Notes: generated from the sequence alone by a model not told the origin. A stretch of DNA of 64,000 nt from an uncultured Pseudomonadota bacterium (GCA_964583525.1 CAZOXD010000001.1:47572-111571); one strand, 5' to 3'. Numbered from the stretch's first letter, positions 1 to 9,912 are shown. A program made the numbers and translations.

Positions 1-2275
1 TAGCGGTGAGGCCCAGCCGCAGGGCGCCCGCATCCACTTCTTCCGCGGGGGGCAGGGGCTCGCCTTCCAACGCCGTGGTGAACCAGCGCTCGGCGAGGGC
101 GATCACGTTATCGATGCCCCCATCCATCTGGACGCTGGCCCAGCCCAGCCGGTCCGTGTCGAGGCCCTCTCCCTCCAGGTAGAGCCGCATGGCGTCGTTG
201 TGGGTTTGCTCGCAGCCATGCTCCAGCAACAGGCCCCGCTTCACCATGGGATGATCCAGATGACCGAGGAGAGTGCGCAGGAACAATTGGGTGGAATATC
301 CCGGAGCGGCCCCGCACCCCTCCGTGTGCACCAGGGCCACGTACCGGGAGACGGAAGCCCGGGCGGTTTTCTCCGCGTTGAGCTTGTCGGCGATCATCCG
401 CGCCACCTGCGCCGAACAGAGGCTGGTGGGAACGATCAACCCCACCTGATCGCTGGCGTGGCCCTTGTCCGTCCGGTAGGCGGACACACGGGCTGCACCG
501 CCATTCCCGTCCGATTGCCCGGAAACGGGATGAACCGGCAAAGGATTTCCTGAAGGCTGGGGGGCGTCCCGGATGGCCCGCAGGTTGCTTTCACTATCGC
601 CTTCGCCCGTCTGGCGCCAATCCCGCCAGATGGATACCTGGGAATGCCCGGCCTGCTCGCCCAGGCTGGCTCTTCCCGAGGCGATTTCCAAGGTGAGTTC
701 AAAGGTTTCCCGGCCCAACTCCTCCATGGGCACGCCGTCCTGAAAACGGCCCGCGTTCACGTCCATTTCGTTGGCCATCATCTCCCAGCGCCCGGTGGTG
801 GTAACGAATTTCAAAGTGGGAACGAAGGGAAAGTTGGTGATGGAACCATTGCCCGTGACGAACAGGATCACGTTGGAACCGCTGGCCACCTGCCCGGCGA
901 TGCTTTCCAGGTCGTTGCCCGGGGAATCCATGAAGTAATACCCCGGCTCCTGCATGGGAGCGGCGTAGTCGATCACGTGGTCCAGGCGCACCTCGGGATC
1001 CTTCTTGCGGGCCGCGCCGATGGATTTCAGGACGATGTTGTAAAGGCCGCGGTACTGGTTGCCGCCGGATGGATTGCCCTCGGCCGAATGGCCATGCCAG
1101 CGCGCCCGCTCCTTGAAGGTCTCGATCTTGGCGAGGAAGGCGCGGGCCGTGTCCAGGTCGCGCACGTTTTCCAGCACGTAGGGTTCCGCCCCGATCAACT
1201 CGTCGGTCTCGGCCAGATTCGCCGCGCCGCCATTGCGAATCACCTCCTTGGCGACCCACCCGGCCAGGGGATTTCCCGAAATGCCGGAGAAGGCGTCCGA
1301 CCCTCCACATTGCAAGGCCAGCTTCAGGTGCGAAACCGGCTCCTCCGTTCGCACGAATTCGTTGACCACGGGCAGCCAGAGGTCGATCGTTTCCTCCGCC
1401 CGGACCAACTCGGACGCGAACTCCCCTTGTATATCGCAGAAGCTGTGGGTCACGTCCTGGAGGGGATACCCGTGTTCCGTCATGAATTGGCGCAACATCC
1501 CGTTCCCCGCCCGCACGGGGCGCCCTGCGCCTTTTTCCGAATCGGCTGGATGTGCATCACCATACTGTGCAGGGTCCACAGCCAGCACGGCCCCGGTATT
1601 GGGATGCACCATGAACCCGGACAGGGTGCGCAGGAGGAAGTCCAGGTTGTTGGGCGGGGCCTCCCCTCCGCCCTCGGTATGGGTTACCGCCACCACGCCA
1701 TCCACGTTGGGATAGGCCCCCAGGCGGCCTTCGAAGCGCGCCGCCAACGCCCGGGCAAACCCGGAACCGAGGGAGGTGGTGCCCAGCACCAGGATGAAGT
1801 TGCGGGTGCCCACCCCCCGTTCGCCACCGCGGCGAAATCCCTGGAAGGTGCGCGGCTGGGCGTGGCGCTCCACCTGGCGTCCGGCACGGAACCCGGCGGC
1901 ATCCAATTCATAGACGCGCAGGTTGTCCCGGAAATTCGGCTCGGCGGGTAGTTCGAAGTCGAGGGTACGATGCTTGAGGGAGGCGAGGATTTTCTCGTTG
2001 CACACGTATTCCCCAGGCTCCAGCGCCCGCAGGGAATACCCGAAGGGGAGCCCCCAGGACAGCAGGGGCGCCTCCGCCGGGATGGGTGCGTGGACGAATC
2101 GATGTCCTTCCATCACGGTATGGGAAAGCGTGATTTCACCCCCCGCGCCCTCCTCACCCATAGTGGGATCGAGGGAGATGCGCGTGCCGGCCTCCAGCCT
2201 GCGGGTGGCGATGGCCACGTTGTCGGCGGGCATGGGAATCCGGCCCGCCTGATCGAATGGAATCGAGTTGGACAT
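1..2275 (-). CDS. Altronate/galactarate dehydratase family protein (UxaA/GarD-like, SAF + GD_AH_C domains), runs off the window edge; unusually long (>750 aa) with a second partial UxaA-like segment at its C-terminal side
   Basis: Manual minus-strand translation from ATG at 2275 gives MSNSIPFDQAGRIPMPADNVAIATRRLEAG... with UxaA-like motifs (LKLALQCGGSDAFSGISGNPLAGWVAKE, HTEGCG). No stop before position 1, which is why it is absent from the ORF track. Confidence 0.65.
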   Translation of the reverse strand, partial: MSNSIPFDQAGRIPMPADNVAIATRRLEAGTRISLDPTMGEEGAGGEITLSHTVMEGHRFVHAPIPAEAPLLSWGLPFGYSLRALEPGEYVCNEKILASLKHRTLDFELPAEPNFRDNLRVYELDAAGFRAGRQVERHAQPRTFQGFRRGGERGVGTRNFILVLGTTSLGSGFARALAARFEGRLGAYPNVDGVVAVTHTEGGGEAPPNNLDFLLRTLSGFMVHPNTGAVLAVDPAQYGDAHPADSEKGAGRPVRAGNGMLRQFMTEHGYPLQDVTHSFCDIQGEFASELVRAEETIDLWLPVVNEFVRTEEPVSHLKLALQCGGSDAFSGISGNPLAGWVAKEVIRNGGAANLAETDELIGAEPYVLENVRDLDTARAFLAKIETFKERARWHGHSAEGNPSGGNQYRGLYNIVLKSIGAARKKDPEVRLDHVIDYAAPMQEPGYYFMDSPGNDLESIAGQVASGSNVILFVTGNGSITNFPFVPTLKFVTTTGRWEMMANEMDVNAGRFQDGVPMEELGRETFELTLEIASGRASLGEQAGHSQVSIWRDWRQTGEGDSESNLRAIRDAPQPSGNPLPVHPVSGQSDGNGGAARVSAYRTDKGHASDQVGLIVPTSLCSAQVARMIADKLNAEKTARASVSRYVALVHTEGCGAAPGYSTQLFLRTLLGHLDHPMVKRGLLLEHGCEQTHNDAMRLYLEGEGLDTDRLGWASVQMDGGIDNVIALAERWFTTALEGEPLPPAEEVDAGALRLGLTA

Positions 2276-2516
2276 GGGTCATGGTACCAGGGATGAACAC
2301 AGCATTGAAAACGAGTCCATTGCGGGGATTGATCCGCCATTGCCGGCCCGCCGTTCCAACCCCCGCAGGTGCGTTCCCGCCTGAAATGATGGACGGGGAA
2401 TGCGGCGCTCCGCAGGTGGAAAGGGATTAATTTACCAGCAAGGAACGGAAAAATCAGCGGAATTTTCTATGGAATTTTCTGTGGAAATGCCCGGGCGTTC
2501 TTTCCGGTTCCGTCCT

Positions 2517-3701
2517 CTATGGATCGGGAGGAAAGCCGGTGATGCTATTCGTGGTGGAAACCGGCACCAGGGTGGATTCAACGGCCATGGTTTCAACGGT
2601 CGTGGACTCAACGGATGCGGATTCCACGGCGGTGGATTCCACAACCATGGCGACGCGGCGTCTTTTCCGCTTGCGGGGAGTGGACAGGCGGAAGGCGATT
2701 TCGAACATGGTGCGGACGTAATTATCCGAGTGGTTGTATTCCCACACGGCGCGCCACTTTTCACGCAAGGAAGCCTCCGGCGTCCAGCCATGGGAGCGCA
2801 GATAATTCCCCACGCTGGCCATGGCATCGGAGAGATTGTCGAGGTCCACCCGTTCATCGCCGTTGCCGTCCACGGCCCAGCTCAAATAGCTGGAGGGTAG
2901 AAATTGTGGAATCCCCATCGCACCGGCGTAGGAACCCCGCAGGTGGTAGAGCCGATCCGGATTCTCCTGGTACATGGAGAGCACCGCCACCAGTTCCGTG
3001 AGGGCGAAGTCGGCTTTTTTCATCAGCCGCCCAGCCAGCCATTCCTTCTCGATTTCCGGGTGCCGCACCTTGAGCAGTTGGTAATGGCGCTCCACGGCCT
3101 CGGGATGAGCCTCCACGGCCAGGGTGGTGAACACTTCCAGCACCCGGTAGGGAAGCTTCACCCCGCCGAAGCGGGTTTCCACCAGCAGGATGGCCGTGAC
3201 GATCTCGTTGGGAACGCCGTAGACCCGCTCAATTTCCTTGAGTTCGGTGAAGTGCCTGCGCCGGAACTTCCGCGCGATGTGGATGGCGTAGGAGGTCGTG
3301 AACTGGGAATAGATGCGTTCGGAATCCGGGTTCATGGCGTTGAAGGCGATTACGCGGTCCATTTTCCGGAGACGCTGGTCGTAAAACACTTTTTCGATCC
3401 GTCCGCGGTCGAATCCGAATTGTTCCAGGTGATCGATGAGGGGTTCCAACTCGGCGCTGGTAAACTCCTGCTGACCGGAATGGGTGCGCGATTTCGCTGT
3501 GTTCTCAGTTGGGAAAACTCCGCCGGGCAGGGCGAAAGCCCATCCAGCCAGCAGGGCTGCAAGCACCAGCGCGGTCCGCAGGGAGCGCGGCTGCGCCTGT
3601 TTGCACCGCAACGCCAAGCGGTAGCGGCTGTCTGCAGCAGGCAGGAATACAGGCAGGCCCCCCGCGATGTTCCATGTTCCTTTTGTTCCGGATAGCGCCA
3701 T
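2517..3701 (-). CDS. Lytic murein transglycosylase B family protein (MltB-like) with a low-complexity VEST-repeat C-terminal tail
   Basis: ORF-track protein contains an MltB-like core (GSYAGAMGIPQFLPSSY, AVDGNGDERVDL) and an N-terminal hydrophobic signal-like segment. Start is uncertain (3701 or 3734). Confidence 0.7.
   Translation of the reverse strand: MALSGTKGTWNIAGGLPVFLPAADSRYRLALRCKQAQPRSLRTALVLAALLAGWAFALPGGVFPTENTAKSRTHSGQQEFTSAELEPLIDHLEQFGFDRGRIEKVFYDQRLRKMDRVIAFNAMNPDSERIYSQFTTSYAIHIARKFRRRHFTELKEIERVYGVPNEIVTAILLVETRFGGVKLPYRVLEVFTTLAVEAHPEAVERHYQLLKVRHPEIEKEWLAGRLMKKADFALTELVAVLSMYQENPDRLYHLRGSYAGAMGIPQFLPSSYLSWAVDGNGDERVDLDNLSDAMASVGNYLRSHGWTPEASLREKWRAVWEYNHSDNYVRTMFEIAFRLSTPRKRKRRRVAMVVESTAVESASVESTTVETMAVESTLVPVSTTNSITGFPPDP
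2559..2648. repeat. ~6 copies of a 15-bp tandem repeat (gtggattcaacggcc-like) encoding VESTA/VESTT pentapeptide repeats at the C-terminus of the MltB-like protein
   Basis: Direct reading of the sequence; coordinates approximate. Confidence 0.5.
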
Positions 3702-3889
3702 GATCCCACCGGATTGTTTCGCTTCCCCTCCCAAACGGCGCCGGGATCGGCCTTCCGATGGGAGAAGCAGCCATGGTAACGGCTATTTGACGTGAATTCA
3801 AAAGCCGCACCAGGAACAGGGGCGAAACATTGTGGGTACAGGGCGGGATCAGAGGGGGAGGGAGGAAAATCCATCCGCCACCTCCTGGC

Positions 3890-4165
3890 TCACCCTCCTT
3901 CCACGGCGGTGATCAGCATCAATTCGTCGGCGGATTTCAGGGGGGTGCGCAATCCTTCCAGGCGGCGCACGTCCTCCCCGTTGCGGAACAGCACCAGTTG
4001 ATCGTTGAAGACCCCCTCGGATTTCCAGACCAGCGCTTCCAGGGGCGGATACCGCCGGGTAAGATCCTGCAAGGCCTCGCCAATGGTGGCGCCCTCCACT
4101 TCCACCTCGGCCGTGCCGCCGATGCGGTCCGCCAGCAGATTGGCCAAGGAAAGGCGGAGGGTCAT
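3890..4165 (-). CDS. MoaD/ThiS-family sulfur-carrier-like small protein (C-terminal GG)
   Basis: 91 aa, ends ...AVEGG; ubiquitin-like carrier pattern; sits beside the AOR gene. Confidence 0.6.
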   Translation of the reverse strand: MTLRLSLANLLADRIGGTAEVEVEGATIGEALQDLTRRYPPLEALVWKSEGVFNDQLVLFRNGEDVRRLEGLRTPLKSADELMLITAVEGG

Positions 4166-4383
4166 GGGGGGGATACTTCCACGAACTCCGTATGCGAAGA
4201 GGGTTCAGGAATGCGAAGCCCATCTTCTTTCATTCCATCCAGGTGGATATCAATTGCTTCCCGAATCAATGATTTCACTTCATCCAGTGATTCGCCGACA
4301 GCGACACATCCCGGCAAATCAGGGACATACGCCCCAAAACTGGTTTCTCCCTTTTCGTATACGACCAAGTATTTCATGATCAA
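4162..4383 (-). CDS. hicB: HicB-family antitoxin (type II toxin-antitoxin)
   Basis: 73 aa: MKYLVVYEKGETSFGAYVPDLPGCVAVGESLDEVKSLIREAIDIHL matches the HicB/UPF0150 fold signature; overlaps the start of the upstream hicA-like gene. Confidence 0.7.
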   Translation of the reverse strand: MIMKYLVVYEKGETSFGAYVPDLPGCVAVGESLDEVKSLIREAIDIHLDGMKEDGLRIPEPSSHTEFVEVSPP

Positions 4384-4571
4384 GGGGCCTCGAGCCGTGC
4401 TTGTTTCATGATTTGATGTAATGTCCCTTTTGGAACATCAATCCCGTTTTTTCCAGCGACCGTAATTTTACCTGATTTTTCAGCATGTTTAAAATGTCTG
4501 TGACTTCCTTTCATGGATACCATGATCCACCCGTCTAGTTCCAATAACCGAACAACCTCACGGACCTTCAT
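4380..4571 (-). CDS. hicA: HicA-family mRNA-interferase toxin
   Basis: Internal start MKVREVVRLLELDGW...KGSHRHFKH...GKITV...PKGTLHQIMKQA. Typical ~60-aa HicA (YcfA-like). Start chosen inside the longer track ORF 4380..4682. Confidence 0.65.
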   Translation of the reverse strand: MKVREVVRLLELDGWIMVSMKGSHRHFKHAEKSGKITVAGKNGIDVPKGTLHQIMKQARLEAP

Positions 4572-4716
4572 TGGTGTTGGCTCCCCAATATTTATGTACA
4601 GCCGTAAAATTAGTTGTGAGAAATGGACGCGGGATACCGCGCCCTTGGGGTTCGGGAGAAGGAAATTGAGGAGATCGGGCACGGCATACCGCGCCCGTAT
4701 GCTCCATTGGGAGGAT

Positions 4717-6543
4717 TCAGGAGGAAAGCGCCTCCATCTCCGGGCGGAAGACGGCCCACACCTTTTCCCTCAATTCCCCAAAAAACTCCGGGGTGAGGAA
4801 GTTGGGGGTGTCCAGGTTGGGATTGGGATCCTCGAACACCTGGGCGGGGAGGGTGTAGTCGGCGTCGCTGTAGCCCTGCTTTTTCTCCAGGGCCAACCCG
4901 CGCAGGAAGGCGCGCCGCACGGCGGCCAGCAGGTCTTCCTGGGAGACCTCCATTCCGGTGGCCCCCTTGAGCGCGGTGAGCGCCATCTGGTGGTTCATTC
5001 CGGCGAACTTGCAGGAGCCCAGCAGATCGTCCCGCACCTGGTAGAGCCCTTTTTGGGTGATGGCGTCCACCCAGTACTCCATGGAGGTGTCTCCCTGGAG
5101 CGCCAGCAGCATGAAGGTGGCCATGGTCATGTGCCCGCCCGCGATGGCCCAGGCATAGCCGGGATTGGTGTCGGGAACGTAGGCCGGCAGTTCCAGCCCC
5201 TTGACCTGCATGGCGTACCCCGGTTCCGAGAGGGAATTGGAGAGCCGCATCACGCCCCGCCCAATCTCTGGCAGTTCGCCCCGCCCGGTACGGTCGATCA
5301 GTTCCCGGATGGCGGCGTGCTGGCCAAAGGTGGCGCCGTTGAACAACGGCTTGTCCGGGTGGCGGGCGTTGTAGTCGCAAACATAGGAAATGGTGGCGCC
5401 CAGGGAGATGGAGTCCATCCCCAGGTTGTCCACCAGCCGGATCAGGTCGGCGGTATTGTCACCGCCCTGGATGCCCAGGTTGGTGGAGAGCAGGTTCACC
5501 GGCTCGTAATCGAACTTGGCCAGGAAGGCCCCGGCCTTGCCGTCCTCCCCCTTCTCGTAGACGTTCTTGTGGCAGTTGATGCCGCAGCGGAAGCAGCTTT
5601 CGGCCTTGATGACGTGGGTTTTTTCGATCTCGGGGCGGAACATCCGGGCGGCGGTTTCATCCCCCTTGGGGCGGAAGTTGTTTTCCGGGATCACGTGCAC
5701 CTTGTGCAGGGGCTCGTAGTTGGACCAGGTGCCGCCGGTGCCGCCCTTGTTCAGTTCGCGGAACTTGGCCGAGCCGGGCCCGGTGGAAATAGTGCGGTTG
5801 AGATCGCGCACCTCCGGCAGCAGCTTGCCGAGCTTGTCGGTGCTCTGGGCGACGATGGCGAAAAGGTTCTTGTATCCCATCATGCTGCCCATGCCGCCCC
5901 GGCCGGCGAAGCGGCATTTGTCATCCCCGGATTTAAGCTGAGTTTCGGTGCTCAGGGCCACCGCGGCATAGTAGACGTTCTCGTAGCGCTCCCCGGCGGT
6001 GCCGATCACGGCGAAGTGGGCGTCGGGGTACAGGTCACGCAGGTGCATGATCTTCTCGTGGGTGTCCAGTCCCGCCAGCGCGTCCGCCGGCTGCAACTCG
6101 GCGCGGGGGCCGTTTTCGCCTTCGGAGAACACCGCGTAAACCGGGGCTTGCGAGCGGCCTTCGAAAATGACCTCATCGATGCCGGTCCACTTCAGTTTGC
6201 TGCCGAACTTTCCGCTCCCAGCGGACCACATGGCCGCCGGCAGGCCCCGGGCAGAGGCCTTGAGGGGGCTATAGGCGGAAAAATAGGCGCGCAAACCCGT
6301 CATCACGTTGCTGCCGGTGAGCAGCCCCGTATTCACGATGAGGGGATTTTCCGGTACGTAGGCCTGGGCGATATCCCGCTGGGCGAGCAGTTGAAAGGAG
6401 CGCCCGAATCCGCCCAGCACGTCCTCCAGATTGGCGCAGGGAACTTCCTCGATCGTGGCGCTTCCCGTGGCCAGATCAACCGTGCAGCGGTTGTACAGGA
6501 CATCGGAGGGAGCGGGCGTGGGGGATTCGTTGGTCATGCGCAT
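4717..6543 (-). CDS. Aldehyde:ferredoxin oxidoreductase (tungsten-containing AOR family)
   Basis: AOR N- and C-domain motifs throughout (SGDDKCRFAGRGGMGSMMGYKNL, CFRCGINCHKNVYEKGEDGK). Start MRMTNESP placed at internal ATG 6543 (the track ORF extends to 6690 via a non-ATG start). Confidence 0.85.
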   Translation of the reverse strand: MRMTNESPTPAPSDVLYNRCTVDLATGSATIEEVPCANLEDVLGGFGRSFQLLAQRDIAQAYVPENPLIVNTGLLTGSNVMTGLRAYFSAYSPLKASARGLPAAMWSAGSGKFGSKLKWTGIDEVIFEGRSQAPVYAVFSEGENGPRAELQPADALAGLDTHEKIMHLRDLYPDAHFAVIGTAGERYENVYYAAVALSTETQLKSGDDKCRFAGRGGMGSMMGYKNLFAIVAQSTDKLGKLLPEVRDLNRTISTGPGSAKFRELNKGGTGGTWSNYEPLHKVHVIPENNFRPKGDETAARMFRPEIEKTHVIKAESCFRCGINCHKNVYEKGEDGKAGAFLAKFDYEPVNLLSTNLGIQGGDNTADLIRLVDNLGMDSISLGATISYVCDYNARHPDKPLFNGATFGQHAAIRELIDRTGRGELPEIGRGVMRLSNSLSEPGYAMQVKGLELPAYVPDTNPGYAWAIAGGHMTMATFMLLALQGDTSMEYWVDAITQKGLYQVRDDLLGSCKFAGMNHQMALTALKGATGMEVSQEDLLAAVRRAFLRGLALEKKQGYSDADYTLPAQVFEDPNPNLDTPNFLTPEFFGELREKVWAVFRPEMEALSS

Positions 6544-6903
6544 GAATACAACTCCAATGAAGAATCGAATGGGAAAGTCCGGCGGCCGGAATATCAAGGA
6601 ATGAACTTCCGGGGCGGCACCGGGAACCATGGAAGACTTTACGATAGGGTCCGTTGCTTTCAGGAAACCCCATCGGCGGGAAAACGGCAAGGGGGAGGGC
6701 CGGGAGGAAACAGCCCCGTTTGATAATCCGGTTACGGCGAAGGAACTTCAGCTCGCATTCATCCGATTCTTCTCTCTCCGCGGCAGGGCAAGCGCCTGCT
6801 GGCCTGGGGAGACCGAAACCAGTCACGCCGCTTTTCTAAGAAGAGCAAACCTGTTAGGAGATCAGAAAGAGCGGGTCCAACCTAAAATCCAGGTGCACCT
6901 TCC

Positions 6904-7317
6904 ATGGCTTCCACGTTTACTAAAATCATCCAGCGGGAAATTCCCGCGGAAATCGTTCATGAGGACGAGCACACCATCGCTTTTCTGGACATCAACCCCA
7001 AGGCGGAAGGACACACCCTGGTGCTGCCCAAGGTGGAGGTGGCGGCCTTCGACGATTTGCCGGCCGAGGCCCTCCATCGTCTGATGAACGCGGTGCAGGT
7101 GGTGGCGCGGGGCATCCAGGCGGCGATGGGGACCCCCCATTACAATCTGGACCTCAACAACGGCGCTCCCGCGGGCCAGGTGATATTCCATGTGCATTTT
7201 CACATCATCCCGCGCCGCCAGGGAGTGCCCATCGCCCGGCCTTCCCTCAATTTATCAGGGGAGCGGATGAAGGAGATCGCGGCGAAAATCCACGCGGCCA
7301 TTCAATCCGGGATGTAA
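6904..7317 (+). CDS. HIT-family (histidine triad) hydrolase
   Basis: 137 aa with FHVHFHIIP histidine-triad motif. Confidence 0.8.
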   Translation: MASTFTKIIQREIPAEIVHEDEHTIAFLDINPKAEGHTLVLPKVEVAAFDDLPAEALHRLMNAVQVVARGIQAAMGTPHYNLDLNNGAPAGQVIFHVHFHIIPRRQGVPIARPSLNLSGERMKEIAAKIHAAIQSGM

Positions 7318-7449
7318 CCCAGTGCTGCAAATTCCCCTCCATATTCGCGCAGGAATCCGCATCCCGCACCGGGATGATATCCCGGTGCGGAAGGGGGGAG
7401 GTTGGGAGGGGAAACGGCCCCCCATGGGAATAGTGCTTAATGGCAGAAC

Positions 7450-7532
7450 TTCGGGTCAGAAGTTATTGAGCTATATTCTTGTTTTGTAACATTAATAATA
7501 TCAGTTCCTATTGGGTGAGCTTCTGACCCGAA
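7450..7532. repeat. 13-bp perfect inverted repeat (ttcgggtcagaag / cttctgacccgaa) flanking a ~57-nt AT-rich spacer in the convergent HIT/GYD intergenic region
   Basis: Seen directly; possible bidirectional terminator or a small MITE-like or structured element; coordinates approximate. Confidence 0.5.
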
Positions 7533-7535
7533 ATA

Positions 7536-7829
7536 CTAGGGCAGCCCGGCAACGATTTCGCGGTACTCGTCTTCCGGGAAGGCGCGCAGGGATTCGGTGC
7601 GGACATTGCCTTGGGCCCCGATGGCCAGGGCCATTCTGGCGCCCGCCTTGTCGTCCGGCACCGTGCCGATGCTGATGGCGTCGAAGCGGCCCATGGTGAG
7701 ATAGAACGCCTGCAATTCCCCACCGATGGCCTTGTAGGCTTCCCTGGCGGCATCCAGCCGGGCGGGGCCTTCCTTGATGTTGGCGACTCCCTGTTGCGTG
7801 AAATTGATTAAAACGACGTAGGTTTGCAT
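7536..7829 (-). CDS. GYD-domain protein
   Basis: Internal start MQTYVVLINFTQQGVANIKEG...LTMGRFDAISIG; ~97 aa GYD-like. Confidence 0.55.
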   Translation of the reverse strand: MQTYVVLINFTQQGVANIKEGPARLDAAREAYKAIGGELQAFYLTMGRFDAISIGTVPDDKAGARMALAIGAQGNVRTESLRAFPEDEYREIVAGLP

Positions 7830-8178
7830 GAGAAATCTCCTTTCTGAACGGTGAAATCCCGGGAGTCCCAGAATCCCCAACCGGCGAGGCTATCAACTCC
7901 GGGATCGGCAGCCCCTTTGAGAAATTCAAGGGGTGAATGCAGGAAGACCTCTGCCTGATATGGAGGCAGACTGGCCCGATATTGGATTGGGATGAAGCCC
8001 AGGGGGATGAATTCCATGGCGAGCCTCCCGCGTGATTCCTCGTGCGCATGGATGCGCGGAATCGAAGGATGGCCTGCCTCCCTGCAGGGCCGGAGGGAGG
8101 ATCACGCTAACACAAATTATTGTTGGTGTGGAAGGGAATTCCCTTCCTTGATTTACAGCGGATTCGCCCTGAATTCGG

Positions 8179-9870
8179 TTACTCCAGCCCCGCCATTTCC
8201 CGCAGCAGGTTCCAGTTGGCCAAGCGGTCGGCCTGCGCCGCCAGCAGGGCTTCGGAGGGCTCCCCGTCCCGGGAGAACTGCTTGGCGAAGCGTCCCTCGC
8301 TGCGGGCGAATTCCACGAAGGTATAGGGCTCTTTGGTGGCCGGGTCGGGCGCCCAATCCTCGCTGAGGCCCGGGTTGCCCCGCAGGCTGAGGCGGTCGCG
8401 CAAGCGGGGCCCCTTGCGGGGGTCGTGAATCAGCATCGGAAATGCGCGGGACATCACCGCCCGGCGAGCCTGCGCCTGAGCCAGGTCGTCCGCCACGCCG
8501 TGTTCCGGCTGGCAGGTGGCGAACACGTTGACCACCGCCGGGCCGGGGTAGGAATTGGCCTCCCGGATGGCCTGGTAAAAGTGGTTGATATGCACCGTCG
8601 CCGTCTGGGCTACGTAGACGTCCGGGTGCATCATGGCGATGTTGGCCAACTCCTTGCGCCGCTCAACCTTGCCGGGAATCAGGCTCCCGTGGGGCGACAT
8701 TTTAGCGGCCTGGGAAGGCATGGATGCCGTGGACGCCTGCCCGCCGGTATTGGAATAGACCTGGGTATCGAGCACCAGCACCTTGATGTCCATTCCCGAA
8801 GCCAGCATCCGGCTCAGGGCCTGGAATCCGATATCGTACATGGCGCCATCCCCCCCCAGCACCCACAGCCGCTTGCGCTCCCACCCCTGTTGATCCCAGC
8901 GAGTGCGCACACCCATGGCCACCGTGGGGGCGTTTTCGAAGAGGGAATTGCTCCAGGTGACCCGGTAGGGATTGTAAGGGTAGGTGGAGCCGTAGACGGT
9001 GTTGCACCCCGTGGCGGCGATGATGCCGATCTCGTCCCGGGAATAGGCCTCCCCGGTGGCGGCCAGCATCATGCGGATGGCGGTAGTCTCCCCGCATCCC
9101 GCGCAGGATCCGGCCCCACCCACGTAAAGCAGGCAGGCATCCTCCTTGAGCATGGCATCCACGGGAAGCTTCTTTTCCAGGAATCGGGCGGGGGTTTCCG
9201 GTAGGGCCCGCATGTGTTCCGCCAGCGCGCGGTAACGGCCCAGCAGTTCCTCCTCCTTGGGTTCCATTGTCAGGGCGCCGTGACTCCCGCAGACTTCCAC
9301 GCATTCCCCGCACCCCTTGCATTTGGCGGGGTCCACGAAGATGGCGAACAATCCGCCGGCCGCCCCCTTTTTCTCCAGCAGGCCGTGGAATTTCTTGGTC
9401 TCGCACCAATGGGCGCGGAAAACGGCGCGTTCCACCTCGTCTCGGATGGCCTTTTCCTGTTCGGCCACGGCCTCCACTTCGGCCACTTTTCCCAGAATGG
9501 CCGTATCGGGGCAAGTGGTCACACATTCCATGCAGGCCACGCAATTTTCCGCAATGAGGCGGGGCAATTCCGGGGAAACATGGGAAAAATCCCGGAACAC
9601 TCCCGTACCCGGCGGAATGAGGGAGCGGGCGATTCCGGAATCAGCGGGGAGAGCCTCCGCCTTGCCCGAGGAATAGGCGCCGATCACCTGCTCGTTGAAC
9701 TGGCCCACGTACTCGTCCAGGTCCAACTCAAAGGAGGTGAACGCCCAGTGGGGACCGTGGGATTCCAGGGGCTGGTGGGCCTCCTTCATCAACGGCCCCT
9801 CCCCCTGCCCCGACGGGCGGCGGGAAGTAACGTGGGAAATGGTGGTTCGATCCTCTTCTGCGCGGGACAT
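8179..9870 (-). CDS. Pyruvate:ferredoxin (flavodoxin) oxidoreductase, C-terminal subunit (2x[4Fe-4S] ferredoxin domain + TPP-binding domain)
   Basis: CVACMECVTTCP and CKGCGECVEVCG ferredoxin motifs; GCAGCGET and GGDGAMYDIGFQ TPP motifs. Start MSRAEE at ATG ~9870, with GGAGGAG 6 nt upstream. Confidence 0.85.
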   Translation of the reverse strand: MSRAEEDRTTISHVTSRRPSGQGEGPLMKEAHQPLESHGPHWAFTSFELDLDEYVGQFNEQVIGAYSSGKAEALPADSGIARSLIPPGTGVFRDFSHVSPELPRLIAENCVACMECVTTCPDTAILGKVAEVEAVAEQEKAIRDEVERAVFRAHWCETKKFHGLLEKKGAAGGLFAIFVDPAKCKGCGECVEVCGSHGALTMEPKEEELLGRYRALAEHMRALPETPARFLEKKLPVDAMLKEDACLLYVGGAGSCAGCGETTAIRMMLAATGEAYSRDEIGIIAATGCNTVYGSTYPYNPYRVTWSNSLFENAPTVAMGVRTRWDQQGWERKRLWVLGGDGAMYDIGFQALSRMLASGMDIKVLVLDTQVYSNTGGQASTASMPSQAAKMSPHGSLIPGKVERRKELANIAMMHPDVYVAQTATVHINHFYQAIREANSYPGPAVVNVFATCQPEHGVADDLAQAQARRAVMSRAFPMLIHDPRKGPRLRDRLSLRGNPGLSEDWAPDPATKEPYTFVEFARSEGRFAKQFSRDGEPSEALLAAQADRLANWNLLREMAGLE

Positions 9871-9912
9871 GGACACTCCTCCCTGCTGTCGGTTTCAGCC
9901 TGCCGGGGCCTT

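Noticed and set aside
7808-7880. Apparent one-base mismatch between my hand indexing of the displayed sequence and track ORFs (around 7829/7830, 7858 and 24692/24693)
   Set aside because: Most likely my own miscounting within the 10-base blocks. Track-derived coordinates were used wherever possible. Hand-derived coordinates are flagged as approximate.
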